From NCBI GenBank assembly GCA_026195255.1, contig JAPHSS010000020.1, positions 50,887 to 114,886 on the forward strand: 64,000 nucleotides of DNA, given 5' to 3'. The notes beneath the pieces are model-generated. The model was not told the DNA's origin. It did no database searches and was given only the letters and a program-made list of their open reading frames with translations. Below, one piece after another: positions 50,038 to 61,141 of the stretch. Origin of the DNA: Gammaproteobacteria bacterium. Its GTDB lineage: Bacteria > Pseudomonadota > Gammaproteobacteria > SZUA-229. The position numbers and the translations under genes are program-made. Each line of letters begins with the position of its first letter. The first letter of the stretch is position 1.

Positions 50038-50540
50038 CCCACATTGCCGAACCTGAAAAACTTCTGGAAAAACTGGCGACCGATCTGAAAAATCTCCTGG
50101 AGTTACGCGCCATAGACAAACCGCTTATGGTCGGCATTCACACTGGTGGCGCATGGTTAGCCGAAAAGTTACATAAACAACTCAAACTCGAAGATGATCT
50201 GTCGACTCTTGATATCAGCTTCTATCGGGATGACTTTTCCCGCATTGGCATGAATCCACAGGTCAAAACATCAAACCTTCCACCTCAGGTTGAAGACAGG
50301 CACATTATTTTAGTAGACGATGTTTTGCAAACCGGACGCACTATTCGCGCGGCCATGAATGAAATTTTTGACTATGGTCGTCCAGCATCAATTACCCTGG
50401 CTTGCCTGATTGAAAGAACCGGGCGTGAACTCCCAATACAGGCAGATGTAGTAGGCCAGGTACTAGAACTAGCCGAGAAAGAACAAGTTAAACTAACAGG
50501 GCCTGAACCATTAGCATGGGAAATTAAACGCTCTGACTAA
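50034..50540 (+). CDS. pyrR: Bifunctional pyrimidine operon regulator / uracil phosphoribosyltransferase PyrR
   Basis: PRT-type motif ILVDDVLQTGRTIRAA over 168 aa. Confidence 0.85.
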   Translation: MTHIAEPEKLLEKLATDLKNLLELRAIDKPLMVGIHTGGAWLAEKLHKQLKLEDDLSTLDISFYRDDFSRIGMNPQVKTSNLPPQVEDRHIILVDDVLQTGRTIRAAMNEIFDYGRPASITLACLIERTGRELPIQADVVGQVLELAEKEQVKLTGPEPLAWEIKRSD

Positions 50541-50562
50541 AAACACAGCAAAGAAAACAATA

Positions 50563-50590
50563 ATGAACGCGAACCAACGCAAATTTTATT
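50563..50590. promoter_or_regulatory. Two tandem copies of the AACGCRAAY / yATTTGCGTT motif upstream of pyrB
   Basis: TGAACGCGAACCAACGCAAAT is the same 10-bp unit seen in the gltB-gltD arrays. Confidence 0.4.
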
Positions 50591-50707
50591 TATTTGAAAC
50601 CTTTAACAAACTTATGCTAATGCTGACATATATATCAATATTAAATAGTGTTTTTATTCGCGAGTATTCGCCTTCATTGATGTTTTCTTTTAAAAGGGGT
50701 TTACATA

Positions 50708-51736
50708 ATGGTCAATAAACCCACACGCCGTACTGATGAAATAATCGGCAAAGACCTCTGGAACATTCAGCTTGATGAGCAGGGTCGGTTAAAACATTTC
50801 TTAACCATTGAAGGTCTGGGCACCAATATTCTTAACCAGATACTCGACACAGCAGAAAGTTTTGCCGGCGTTAATGAATCCGTAAAAAAAGTACCTTTAT
50901 TACGCGGAAAAACTATTGTTAATTTATTTTTCGAAGCAAGCACCCGAACGCGCACCACATTTGAATTAGCCGCTAAACGATTATCTGCCGATGTACTCAA
51001 TATGAACATCAGCGCATCTGCAACCAGTAAAGGCGAAACACTACTCGATACCCTGCGCAACCTTGAAGCCATGCAAACCGATATGTTTGTAGTACGTCAT
51101 GCTGACTCCGGCACCGCGCACTTTATTGCTAATCACGTTGCACCCCATATTCGGGTTTTAAATGCTGGTGATGGTCGACACGCGCACCCTACTCAGGCCA
51201 TGTTAGATATGTTTACTATTCGCCGTAACAAAGGCGCTGATTTTGGAAAACTACGCGTGGCTATTGTTGGTGATATTATGCACTCTCGAGTAGCTCGCTC
51301 ACAAATACACGCATTAAATACCTTGAATACTGGTGAAGTTAGAGTAGTCGGCCCTAAAACATTAATACCAAAAGACATTGAATCCATGGGCGTGAGCGTA
51401 TTTCATGACCTGCAAAACGGCATTAAAGATGCGGATGTCGTCATTATGTTACGCCTGCAAAAAGAACGTATGACAGGCGCATCGCTACCTAGTGAACAGG
51501 AATATTATGAACTCTATGGTTTAACCGAAGAACGATTTAAACTTGCCAAACCTGACGCTATTGTTATGCACCCGGGTCCCATTAACCGGGGTGTGGAAAT
51601 CGAGTCCAGTGTGGCCGATGGTGATCGCTCGGTTATTTTAGATCAGGTAACATACGGCATTGCTGTGCGCATGGCCGTCATGTCAATGACGCTAGGCGGT
51701 AATATCAAAAGGCAGGATCAGGAGATAAAATTATGA
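50708..51736 (+). CDS. pyrB: Aspartate carbamoyltransferase catalytic subunit PyrB
   Basis: STRTR carbamoyl-phosphate binding motif, then HPTQ and HPGP motifs. Confidence 0.9.
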   Translation: MVNKPTRRTDEIIGKDLWNIQLDEQGRLKHFLTIEGLGTNILNQILDTAESFAGVNESVKKVPLLRGKTIVNLFFEASTRTRTTFELAAKRLSADVLNMNISASATSKGETLLDTLRNLEAMQTDMFVVRHADSGTAHFIANHVAPHIRVLNAGDGRHAHPTQAMLDMFTIRRNKGADFGKLRVAIVGDIMHSRVARSQIHALNTLNTGEVRVVGPKTLIPKDIESMGVSVFHDLQNGIKDADVVIMLRLQKERMTGASLPSEQEYYELYGLTEERFKLAKPDAIVMHPGPINRGVEIESSVADGDRSVILDQVTYGIAVRMAVMSMTLGGNIKRQDQEIKL

Positions 51737-53010
51737 AAAATATCCTGATAAAAAATGCTCGCATCATTGATCCGAAAAATAATTTTGATGAAACAACCGA
51801 CCTCTACATACGCGACCAGAAAGTCGCCGCTGTTGGCAACGCACCCGAAAAATTTACAGCCGATGAAGTCATCGATGCAAGTAATCTCTGGTTAATTCCC
51901 GGCATCGTTGATATTAGCGCACGTTTGCGTGAACCAGGGCTTGAACAAAAAGCCAATATAGAAACTGAAACATCGGCTGCGGCAAGTGCGGGCATAACGA
52001 CTTTATGCGTACCACCCGATACCGATCCGGTTATTGATGAACCCGCCGTTGTAGAATTAATTTTACGAAAAGCCAAACTCGCCAAAAAAACACATGTGTA
52101 CACCATGGGCGCATTAACTGCCGGTTTAAAAGGAGAACACCTAAGTGAAATGGCCAGCTTGAAACGCGCAGGCTGTGTCGGCGTTAGCAATGCACGTAAT
52201 GCCATCAATAACCCTTTAATTCTACGCCGTGCATTTGAATATGCATCAACACATAACATTACGGTTTTTATTGAAGCTCAGGATAAACATCTAAGTGAAA
52301 ATGGTTGTGCACATGAAGGCGCCATTGCCAGCAGACTGGGTTTAAACGCAATACCCTACGCTGCTGAAACAGCACCTATTGCACAAATTTTAGAGTTGAT
52401 ACGCGACACAGATATTCGCATTCACTTTGGCCGTTTATCCTGCGCAAGAAGCATTGAATTAATTAATGATGCCAAGGCAAATGGTTTAAAGGTAACAGCC
52501 GATGTAGCGGCACATCAGTTACATCTCACTGACATGGATATCAGTAGTTTTAACAGCCTTTACCATGTTATCCCTCCTCTTCGTTCACAACGAGACATGA
52601 ATGCACTACGCCACGGTTTAGCAGAAGGCATTATCAATTGCATTTGCTCTGACCATCAGCCACATGAACCCGATGCAAAACTGGCACCCTTTCCTGCAAC
52701 GGAACCCGGCATTTCAAGCATTGAAACATTATTACCCCTGACCTTAAAACTGGTTGAGAATGGTAGTCTGGAACTAAGTACAGCGATAGCCAGCATTACC
52801 TGTAATCCTGCAAAAATATTAGGACTAAACGCCGGACATCTTTCAGTAGGTCAATTTGCAAATTTATGCTTAATTGATCCGCAAAAAGAATGGGTATTTA
52901 GTATTGACGAAATGTTAAGTCACGGCAAAAACACACCCTTTTCAGGCTGGAACTTCAAAGGAAAAGTAATACAGACTATTATTAAAGGTAATACTGTTTT
53001 TAAACAATAA
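51733..53010 (+). CDS. Dihydroorotase-like protein, aspartate carbamoyltransferase-associated (the PyrC' type)
   Basis: A 425-aa amidohydrolase fold overlapping pyrB, as in the Pseudomonas pyrR-pyrB-pyrC' arrangement. Confidence 0.75.
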   Translation: MKNILIKNARIIDPKNNFDETTDLYIRDQKVAAVGNAPEKFTADEVIDASNLWLIPGIVDISARLREPGLEQKANIETETSAAASAGITTLCVPPDTDPVIDEPAVVELILRKAKLAKKTHVYTMGALTAGLKGEHLSEMASLKRAGCVGVSNARNAINNPLILRRAFEYASTHNITVFIEAQDKHLSENGCAHEGAIASRLGLNAIPYAAETAPIAQILELIRDTDIRIHFGRLSCARSIELINDAKANGLKVTADVAAHQLHLTDMDISSFNSLYHVIPPLRSQRDMNALRHGLAEGIINCICSDHQPHEPDAKLAPFPATEPGISSIETLLPLTLKLVENGSLELSTAIASITCNPAKILGLNAGHLSVGQFANLCLIDPQKEWVFSIDEMLSHGKNTPFSGWNFKGKVIQTIIKGNTVFKQ

Positions 53011-53064
53011 AAGTATTATTTATAAATCTAAACAGGGTAGCTCCATCACTCACCTAAATATTAA

Positions 53065-55860
53065 TTACAATCTGGACCACTCATTATTATTTTTTTCAAT
53101 GACTACAGTAGGCCAATAATACGTATTCTGTTTAAGGCTGATAACTGATTCCCGATTAATTAAATCCAGCACTTTTAACTGGATAAACTTTTCATCTTTA
53201 TATTTTTCAGTTAACAGCTTAAAACCATCCAGGCTCTCAACCACCTCACCGTTCAACTCAACAATGCGTAACATTGTGCTTAAGCTGCTTCTGTTTGCCG
53301 GGCTACCATGATAAAGATAACTTACATAAACGCCTTCAGGTTTAATACCCCTTTGTAATGAAATCTCTCTATATGGCTCCTGTATTAAGGCACCTGCCCA
53401 TTGAATTACTTTTTTAACACCTGAACCATCAAGTGATCTGGTTTTAACTTGCACCTTAATTTCTTCTCCTAAACGACTTATTGTTAAATCAACATCATCT
53501 TTAATTGAGTACTTTTCAACATCCCTGTAGTTTCGAACAACCTTTCCATCTATAGCCAAAATCAAATCACCCTCTAATAATTTCAATTCAGCATCAGAGC
53601 CAGCAACTCGCCTGGACACAACAATGACCTGCCGCCGTGCATCGCCTGTTTGCAATCGACCTGTCCATTCATCGGAAAGCCCTAATTTTCTGGCCTGAGC
53701 AATTGATAACGTTGAAAGTTCGACCTCCAGTGACTTTATTTCAAACTGCTTACAACATTTCCATTGCTCTAATAGCTCGATTACTATCTCAGCTGGTACG
53801 CCCCATTCATATTGTTTTATTTTATTACCGTTTCCATAAGCAAAACTCAACCAGACGGCAAGCGCCTCACCGTCCTCATTACTAAGCACACCACCTCTGC
53901 TCGTCGGCGGGTTATTCAGGCTAATCGCATCCATATTTGATTCTCTAAACATGGGTATTTTTGGAGGTGGAAAATCCAGTGTATCAATGGCGGATATTTT
54001 TGTTTCTTCCACTAATAATTCCTGGCCATTTTTTAGCGCAACCAACCAGACCTTGTCTCCGGCTTCCAGGTTTTCATTTACAAACTCTACCTCTTTTATT
54101 TCGGTATCACCCAACAACATTGGATCGTATTGAACTATTGATAAATTATGCAGAGGATGCACAAAAACTACTTTTGCAGGTATATCCAGTGCCCCGGCAA
54201 AAACCACCCTGACATCACCTAAACCCATGGGCACTGTATTCCTGTCTACCAGTATTAAACCATCTTTTTTGTTAACAACCAGACCTGCACCGGTATAATG
54301 AGAATCTTCAATACCATTTATGTTATAAGGAATATCAAACTGTACTGACACTATAGAGGATGATAATTTATTTGCTCGTTCATCCTTATATTCAATAAAT
54401 TTAACGTCTGCTTTATCTATTTTTTCAGTCGCATTATTTTTCGCCAGAGTTTCGCAAGGCCATATCCCCTGCTTATCATCCCTATAACATTTTTTCAGAG
54501 CAAACCACCTTCTATCCATGCGCATTATTGATACATGCATACGCTGACTTTCTTTAAATGTAATATATTTTAAGGTTGCCTGCTGACGGTCAGCTAATGA
54601 ATTAAGTATTGTTTCTACATCGTCTATGTTTCTAACTTCGCTATTATTGATTGATAAGATAACTGCACCAGTAGGCACTCCCGCTGTTGCCAGAGCATAT
54701 CCTGGCTGAGAAACATATACCCCTTCAACCGGACGATTTAAGTGACGCGCCTGCTGGTAGGACAAGTTATGAACTATCGACTGCCCAAATGTTAAATATT
54801 TATCTGGTGTTAAAGAGTGTAAGTTATCAACCCTTATTTTTAAATCAACCGCATGCCCATTGCGCTCAACACGTAAATTAATTTCCTTATTCACATTTTC
54901 ATCAAGAAGCGACTCCAACTCATCAAATCGCCTTATCCATTTTAATTTGTCATTAACAGCAGAACCTTTAATTAAAATATCACCTGGGCGTAATAGTGCA
55001 TGCGCGTCTGTTCCCGGCAAACTCCGTCTCACCACCATCAACCCTACCCCGTGATTTACTTTACGTAATCTGGCTTCTATTTTTGGCCTTAAGCCTAAAC
55101 GCCTAACTTCATCATATGGTTTATAATCAAATGTTGTCTGTAAGGTGCCACGACTTACAGGCTCGTTTTGCTGAATTAATTTCAATGCTCTTTTTACGCG
55201 CTGTAATGGCAAAAAATAACTTGAAGATGCTTTAACTGAACCACCTGCATTCAATGCTATAACATTGCCCCTGATATCAATAACTGGAGAACCGGATGAA
55301 CCTCCGGAAACCCCCGATGCAGATTGATAATAAAATGTATTAAAATCATTATATTTACCACGACCATAATAAGGAGCCTGACGATCAGTTCTGGCAAGCG
55401 TGCCCGCAAGAATGGATAGCTGTTCCCCCGCGTCATTTCCCACCACTCTTATTTCACGACCTACAATGGCTTCTTTGGGTCTAATGGGTAAACTTTTGGG
55501 TTTGATAAATTTTAATGCAGACGGCTCATACTGAAAAAAGCCAAAATCATGAACAGGGTCTCGATAAATTGGTTTTAATTCAATTTCTTCACGATTTGCA
55601 AATAATGCTTCTGCAACCACTGGACCCGGCTGAACCACATGGCGATTGGTAAGCACAATACCTCGTTTTGCATCCACTACAAAACCTGTAGCCTGTGCCG
55701 AGCTGCTTCTGGCCGTATCAAAAGAGCGGACCGCATCAACCCTTATTGTTACAATCGAATCGGTTACACTATTAACCACTTTGGACCAGTTTCGATCCTT
55801 GTCGGCAAAAGCATTATTAATTAACAATAAACCACTTAATATCCATACTAGTTTGTACAT
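53065..55860 (-). CDS. Large secreted trypsin-like (S1C/HtrA-type) serine protease with two protease-like modules and PDZ-like domains (931 aa)
   Basis: Signal peptide. Module 1: GFVVDAKRGIVLTNRHVV…GGSSGSPV. Module 2: GAGLVVNKKDGLILVDRNTV…. There are PDZ-like stretches between and after the two modules. Confidence 0.65.
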   Translation of the reverse strand: MYKLVWILSGLLLINNAFADKDRNWSKVVNSVTDSIVTIRVDAVRSFDTARSSSAQATGFVVDAKRGIVLTNRHVVQPGPVVAEALFANREEIELKPIYRDPVHDFGFFQYEPSALKFIKPKSLPIRPKEAIVGREIRVVGNDAGEQLSILAGTLARTDRQAPYYGRGKYNDFNTFYYQSASGVSGGSSGSPVIDIRGNVIALNAGGSVKASSSYFLPLQRVKRALKLIQQNEPVSRGTLQTTFDYKPYDEVRRLGLRPKIEARLRKVNHGVGLMVVRRSLPGTDAHALLRPGDILIKGSAVNDKLKWIRRFDELESLLDENVNKEINLRVERNGHAVDLKIRVDNLHSLTPDKYLTFGQSIVHNLSYQQARHLNRPVEGVYVSQPGYALATAGVPTGAVILSINNSEVRNIDDVETILNSLADRQQATLKYITFKESQRMHVSIMRMDRRWFALKKCYRDDKQGIWPCETLAKNNATEKIDKADVKFIEYKDERANKLSSSIVSVQFDIPYNINGIEDSHYTGAGLVVNKKDGLILVDRNTVPMGLGDVRVVFAGALDIPAKVVFVHPLHNLSIVQYDPMLLGDTEIKEVEFVNENLEAGDKVWLVALKNGQELLVEETKISAIDTLDFPPPKIPMFRESNMDAISLNNPPTSRGGVLSNEDGEALAVWLSFAYGNGNKIKQYEWGVPAEIVIELLEQWKCCKQFEIKSLEVELSTLSIAQARKLGLSDEWTGRLQTGDARRQVIVVSRRVAGSDAELKLLEGDLILAIDGKVVRNYRDVEKYSIKDDVDLTISRLGEEIKVQVKTRSLDGSGVKKVIQWAGALIQEPYREISLQRGIKPEGVYVSYLYHGSPANRSSLSTMLRIVELNGEVVESLDGFKLLTEKYKDEKFIQLKVLDLINRESVISLKQNTYYWPTVVIEKNNNEWSRL

Positions 55861-55908
55861 TTTTTTTAATTACCTTAATATTCATGGCTCATTCGGGATG
55901 ATTTATTA

Positions 55909-56787
55909 ATGCTTAATAAAATCTGGGCAGGCCTAATTATTATAGGACTCCTGTTCGCAGTAGGACAGGATATTCAAGATGAAATTTCTAATACCTATAA
56001 AAATGGTGTTATTCACCAGATACCTTATTCAAATATCGAGAACTCGTCTAATCAACTAAGCCTGACATTTAATAACGCGACGTTAATTGCAACTATTAAA
56101 TCTGACCAGAAAATTCATATCCATCTCGATACAGATAGCCCTGCCTATTTACAGAATATCGCCGATGCAAATGGCAATAAAAATAGACTTATTGGACATA
56201 TTAACTCTAAAAATAACACTCAATTAAATCTTTTACTACCCGAGTTACATTGGAATAAATTACGCAAGGTGACTCAGGCGGCTTTTGATATGGCGAAGTT
56301 TGCCGTAAAACTAGCCATTGGCCTGATAGGTATTATGGCTCTTTGGCTTGGCTTAATGCAGATAGCCGAAAAAAGCGGCTTAATAAAACATGTGGTAAAA
56401 ATTGTACAACCACTACTTTTCTGGCTGTTCCCAAAAATCCCTAAAGACCACCCCGTATTTGGCAGCATCAGCATGAATATGGCCGCTAACATACTGGGGC
56501 TTGGAAATGCAGCAACACCACTCGGTATAAAAGCCATGCAACAACTTCAGTCACTAAACACAAATAAAGATAAAGCCAGCGATGAAATGTGTATGTTTCT
56601 TGCTCTGAATACATCTAGCGTTCAATTACTACCTCCTGTCACTCTAATCGCGCTTATGGGCACACAGGTCTCCGAGTTAATCGTACCCATAATATTAGCC
56701 ACTAGCTGCTCCACTATCACCGCTATTCTGGTTGCAAAGTTATACTCGCGCCACAACGCCAGACAGGATAAAACATGCAGCAATTAA
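55909..56787 (+). CDS. Nucleoside-recognition (Gate) domain membrane protein, SpmA-like
   Basis: Polytopic membrane protein; part of a SpmA/SpmB-like gene pair that overlaps by 13 bp. Confidence 0.5.
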   Translation: MLNKIWAGLIIIGLLFAVGQDIQDEISNTYKNGVIHQIPYSNIENSSNQLSLTFNNATLIATIKSDQKIHIHLDTDSPAYLQNIADANGNKNRLIGHINSKNNTQLNLLLPELHWNKLRKVTQAAFDMAKFAVKLAIGLIGIMALWLGLMQIAEKSGLIKHVVKIVQPLLFWLFPKIPKDHPVFGSISMNMAANILGLGNAATPLGIKAMQQLQSLNTNKDKASDEMCMFLALNTSSVQLLPPVTLIALMGTQVSELIVPIILATSCSTITAILVAKLYSRHNARQDKTCSN

Positions 56788-57296
56788 GCAGCTTAATCAT
56801 ACCTTTACTTATATTATTCATTGTTAGTTATGGACTAATAAAACACATTGCCGTTTATGAAGAATTTGTAGATGGTGCGAAAGAAGGTTTTAATATTGCC
56901 GTTAATATTATTCCCTACCTGGTCGCCATGTTATTTGCTATCGCTATATTTCGAGCTAGCGGGGCGCTGGATTTTATTCTGATTTTATTTTCTCCGCTTG
57001 CTGACTTCTTACACTTTCCCGCTGAAGTAATCTCAATGGGTATTATTCGACCTTTAACGGGCAGTGGCTCTGTTGGCGTATTAGCAGAGCTTATCAATAC
57101 TCACGGTGAAGACTCAATTATTGTAAAAATTGCAGCTGTCATGTTCGGATCAACCGAGACAACGCTTTATGTATTGGCCGTATATTTTGGCGCGGTGAAA
57201 ATCAAAAACACATCATATGCAGTACAGGCCGGTTTAATGGCTGATTTTGCCGGTTTTGTAGCGGCGATTGCTGTCTGCCTGTGGTACTTTTCGTAA
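56775..57296 (+). CDS. Nucleoside-recognition domain membrane protein, SpmB-like
   Basis: A 173-aa protein with 4-5 TM helices, paired with the upstream SpmA-like gene. Confidence 0.5.
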   Translation: MQQLSSLIIPLLILFIVSYGLIKHIAVYEEFVDGAKEGFNIAVNIIPYLVAMLFAIAIFRASGALDFILILFSPLADFLHFPAEVISMGIIRPLTGSGSVGVLAELINTHGEDSIIVKIAAVMFGSTETTLYVLAVYFGAVKIKNTSYAVQAGLMADFAGFVAAIAVCLWYFS

Positions 57297-57551
57297 ATAT
57301 GTACATAGTTACCCTATAATTACGAATATATTATGATTTTAGCTATTTAACAAATACACACATTTAAATTAATAATCGTGGACTTACGCATTGTCTTTCT
57401 ACTTTGCGCAGGTGATATTGAAATCAACAATACTGACCAGGCGTCTTTTCAACTATACCTGGATAAGCAGAAGCAACTTGACATATTTAATGAAAAAACG
57501 CGGACAGGGTGTTTAATGTGAGTTATACAGGTTTCAGTATTGGACTGGCTT

Positions 57552-58394
57552 ATGCTTTCTAAAACTCATATTAAAAATGCATATATATCTTGCCTGTTTG
57601 GTCTGTGTTTCAGCAGCAATGTTTTATCTGATATAGATGAGACATTCAGCATTTCAGTTGGCGCTAATTTAGCAAACTACAATTCCAGGTTAAGTATTAA
57701 TTCACAGGATAAATCTATCAACAAAGGTTTTAGCTTTGAAGATGATCTGGGTTATAACAGTCATGTCAATGCCGGCTGGATTAGTGGCTGGTATAGAGTC
57801 GGCGAATCACATCGACTGCAACTTGCTTACACCCCCATCAATAGATCATCATCAGTACAAAACACAAAAGACATTATTGTAGACAACACAACAATTAAGG
57901 CCAGTGCATCAATTCAATCACAGGCCAGTACCGACATATTCGACTTCAGTTATATATACAGCGTGCATAAAACAAAAACATTAGAAGTTGGCTTTTCTGC
58001 TGGTATTTACTGGTTATCAAATGACACAAATATTTTTGCTGCCGGTGAAATACAGGCCGAAGGAGATGATCGAAGCGATTTTAAATCTGATTATTTTACT
58101 CAAGAAAAAATTATCGCCCCTATGCCTTTATTTGGTTTATCTGCAAGTTATGAATTCTCCAGATCCTGGCGAAGTCATGTTTCATTACGTTACTTAAACG
58201 TTCAAATTGATGAAACTAATGGCAGTATATTTAGTGCTGAAGCCGGCTCCGAATACTATTTTAATGACAACTGGGGTATAGGCACGTCTTTAGCCTATTT
58301 TGATCTGGATATAGAAGTAAAAGACATAACCAGTAAGACTGCGCTAAACTGGAATCATAGTAGCATTCAGCTATATACCGTATTCAAATATTAG
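57552..58394 (+). CDS. Putative outer-membrane beta-barrel protein
   Basis: Signal peptide (MLSKTHIKNAYISCLFGLCFSSNVLS), [11 protein letters not shown] beta-strand pattern, and a C-terminal …YTVFKY. Confidence 0.45.
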   Translation: MLSKTHIKNAYISCLFGLCFSSNVLSDIDETFSISVGANLANYNSRLSINSQDKSINKGFSFEDDLGYNSHVNAGWISGWYRVGESHRLQLAYTPINRSSSVQNTKDIIVDNTTIKASASIQSQASTDIFDFSYIYSVHKTKTLEVGFSAGIYWLSNDTNIFAAGEIQAEGDDRSDFKSDYFTQEKIIAPMPLFGLSASYEFSRSWRSHVSLRYLNVQIDETNGSIFSAEAGSEYYFNDNWGIGTSLAYFDLDIEVKDITSKTALNWNHSSIQLYTVFKY

Positions 58395-58737
58395 AGTTTC
58401 ATCAGAAAACAATATTTTTCAGCGGTTATAGAGTTGACGGCGATCTTGAAAACGCCAATACCAGCTTAAATGCAAGCCTCGACGAATCGGCCAGTTACGG
58501 AATTATTATCGGCCAGGACTCTGCCACTGAACTCATAATGGAATTTTTATATTCCCATCAAAATAGTGGTTTAATCGATAACAACTATTTTTCGAAAACA
58601 AAATTGCCTGAAGTTGATATAGAGTATTTTCAAAATTGTGTGTTAATTTCAGTTTATTTATTTCGATGATTAAAAGCTAAGCATCGTGAGGTATCTCTCA
58701 GTTAAGCACATCCGCCTACCTGGCTCACAAAAGCAGC

Positions 58738-59877
58738 TCACTTAACTTCAGGCAATTCGTCAAGATCCGTTGAGAAATCCAGCTTATCATCCTCTCTTTC
58801 TTTAGCCATTTCTTTCACACCACCACCGAAATTAATTTTCCATTCCAGATTACTTCGTGAGTCAGCATAAGATAATGCCGTTTTAATATCAATTTTGCCG
58901 TCAGAAAACAGCGTATATAATGACTGATCAAATGTTTGCATGCCATCAGCTTCACCTTTTTCCATGATTTCTTTAATTTCATGAAAATCTCCACGCCGAA
59001 TTAACTCGGAGATATAAGGTGAGTTGACTAATATTTCGATAGCCGCAACACGTTTTCCTTTTAACCCTTCAACCAGTCTTTGAGAGACAATGGCCTGTAA
59101 GTTTAAAGAGAGGTCCATGAGAATTTGATTGCGCGCATCGGGCGGGAAAAAACTTAAAATTCGATCTAATGTCTGATTCGCATTTACCGAGTGTAAGGTG
59201 GTTAAACAAAGGTGACCCGTATCTGCATACTGAATAGCTGCCTCCATTGTTTCACGATCACGCACCTCACCAATCATAATAACATCAGGCGCTTCACGCA
59301 TTGCCTCTCTGAGTGCATTTTCATATGAAAGCGTATCAAGCCCTACTTCGCGTTGGCCCACTATCGATTTTTGATGATCAAACATATACTCAATAGGGTC
59401 TTCTATGGTTAATATGTGACCAGGCATATTTAAACTTCGATGATTAATCATTGAAGCCAGAGTGGTGGACTTACCAGAACCCGTAGCACCCACAACTAAC
59501 ACTAGCCCTTTACGATTAAATACAAGGTCTTTTAATTTTGCAGGTAAATTTAATTGATCAAGCGTTGGCACATCCGATTTGATATAGCGAATAACCAGAG
59601 AAACTTCACCACGCTGGGTATAAACATTAATACGAAAACGCCCAATATCTTTTAAAGAAAAGCCTAAGTTCATTTCCATAGTGGCTTCAAAACCCATTTT
59701 CTGGTTTTCATCCATGACGCTGTAAGCAATTTCTTTAGTCATGCCAGGCTCTAATGGCGTTTTACCAATCGAGTGCATTTTGCCTTCAATATTCATACTT
59801 ACCGGCGCGCCGGTTGTAAAGAAAATATCAGAGCCGCCGCGCTCAGCCATTAGTTTTAAGTAGGGTTGCAGATTCAA
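58738..59877 (-). CDS. PilT/PilU-family type IV pilus retraction ATPase, a divergent PilU paralogue
   Basis: Walker A GATGSGKSTT and the His box, with ILTIEDPIEY and GEVRDRETM motifs, and a C-terminal extension as in PilU. Confidence 0.8.
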   Translation of the reverse strand: MNLQPYLKLMAERGGSDIFFTTGAPVSMNIEGKMHSIGKTPLEPGMTKEIAYSVMDENQKMGFEATMEMNLGFSLKDIGRFRINVYTQRGEVSLVIRYIKSDVPTLDQLNLPAKLKDLVFNRKGLVLVVGATGSGKSTTLASMINHRSLNMPGHILTIEDPIEYMFDHQKSIVGQREVGLDTLSYENALREAMREAPDVIMIGEVRDRETMEAAIQYADTGHLCLTTLHSVNANQTLDRILSFFPPDARNQILMDLSLNLQAIVSQRLVEGLKGKRVAAIEILVNSPYISELIRRGDFHEIKEIMEKGEADGMQTFDQSLYTLFSDGKIDIKTALSYADSRSNLEWKINFGGGVKEMAKEREDDKLDFSTDLDELPEVK

Positions 59878-59902
59878 TTTAATTCAACTTTAATTTTATT
59901 GT

Positions 59903-61072
59903 TTAACGTAAACGATGTTTGTTATCTGAGGCATCTTCTTCCATCTTAAGGCCCGAGACTTCTTGCATCAAATCAGTGTTCTTAGCATCCTTTCCTTTTA
60001 GTTTTATACGTAATCTCAGATCATTAATTGAATCAGCATTACGCAAAGCATCTTCATAAGTAACGTAGCCATCTTCATACAGTTCAAATAAAGCCTGGTC
60101 GAAAGTAACCATGCCATATTCGTTTGATTTAGCCATGAGCTCTTTCATTTCATGGACATTACCTTTAAATATTAAATCTGACATTAACGGCGTATTAAGC
60201 ATAATTTCAACCGCCGGCACACGCCCTTCTCCACCTTTTAATGGAATCAAACGTTGTGATATTAGTGATTTTAGATTTAATGATAAATCCATTAATAACT
60301 GTGGGCGTCGCTCTTCAGGGAAAAAGTTAATAATACGGTCAAGTGCCTGATTGGTGCTATTTGCATGCAAGGTGGTTAAACATAAGTGACCTGTTTCAGC
60401 AAATGCTATCGCATATTCCATAGTGTCACGATCACGAACCTCACCAATAAGAATAACATCAGGCGCCTGCCTTAAAGTGTTTTTCAAAGCCACGTCATAA
60501 TTTTCAGTATCTACCCCAACTTCGCGCTGAGTTACAATACAATTTTTATGCTGATGAACAAATTCTATTGGGTCTTCAATGGTTATAATATGCCCAAATG
60601 AATTTTCATTTCGATAACCGATCATCGAAGCAAGCGAACTGGATTTACCAGAGCCGGTAGCACCAACAAATATAACCAGGCCTCTTTTTGTCATTGCAAT
60701 ATCTTGTAAGACAAGCGGTAAACCTAGCTCTTCAAAACTGGGAATTTCAGATCGAATAACACGTAACACCATTCCCATCGAGCCACGTTGTGTAAATGCA
60801 TTAACACGAAAACGAGAGACACCGGGCAAACTGATTGCGAAGTTAACTTCCTGCTCCGCTTCAAATGTCCCTAATTGTTTATCGTTCATTATTGAACGCA
60901 CCAAAGTTTGGGTGTGCGCGGGTGAAAGTGCCTGATTTGATAGCGGTGTCATTTTTCCATCAACTTTCATTGACGGTGCTGCGCCTACTGTTATAAACAA
61001 ATCAGAACCATCTTTTTGCACTAACATGCGCAATAAATCGTGCATGTATCGGATGGCCTTATCTCTATCCAT
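59903..61072 (-). CDS. pilU: Type IV pilus ATPase PilU
   Basis: High similarity to the PilU pattern as I recall it (GSDLFITVGAAPSMKVDG…RGLVIFVGATGSGKSSSLASMIGYRN…IITIEDPIEF…). Confidence 0.85.
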   Translation of the reverse strand: MDRDKAIRYMHDLLRMLVQKDGSDLFITVGAAPSMKVDGKMTPLSNQALSPAHTQTLVRSIMNDKQLGTFEAEQEVNFAISLPGVSRFRVNAFTQRGSMGMVLRVIRSEIPSFEELGLPLVLQDIAMTKRGLVIFVGATGSGKSSSLASMIGYRNENSFGHIITIEDPIEFVHQHKNCIVTQREVGVDTENYDVALKNTLRQAPDVILIGEVRDRDTMEYAIAFAETGHLCLTTLHANSTNQALDRIINFFPEERRPQLLMDLSLNLKSLISQRLIPLKGGEGRVPAVEIMLNTPLMSDLIFKGNVHEMKELMAKSNEYGMVTFDQALFELYEDGYVTYEDALRNADSINDLRLRIKLKGKDAKNTDLMQEVSGLKMEEDASDNKHRLR

Positions 61073-61141
61073 TCCAAACTCCAGTTATTATAATTATATG
61101 ATTTTAACGATCTCTAAAGCCTATCGATTACTTTAAAAATA

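Noticed and set aside
57297-57551. A 47-aa GTG-initiated ORF at about 57378-57521, upstream of the OMP gene
   Set aside because: It is too short and shows no RBS or conservation signal. It is more likely promoter or leader sequence of the OMP gene.
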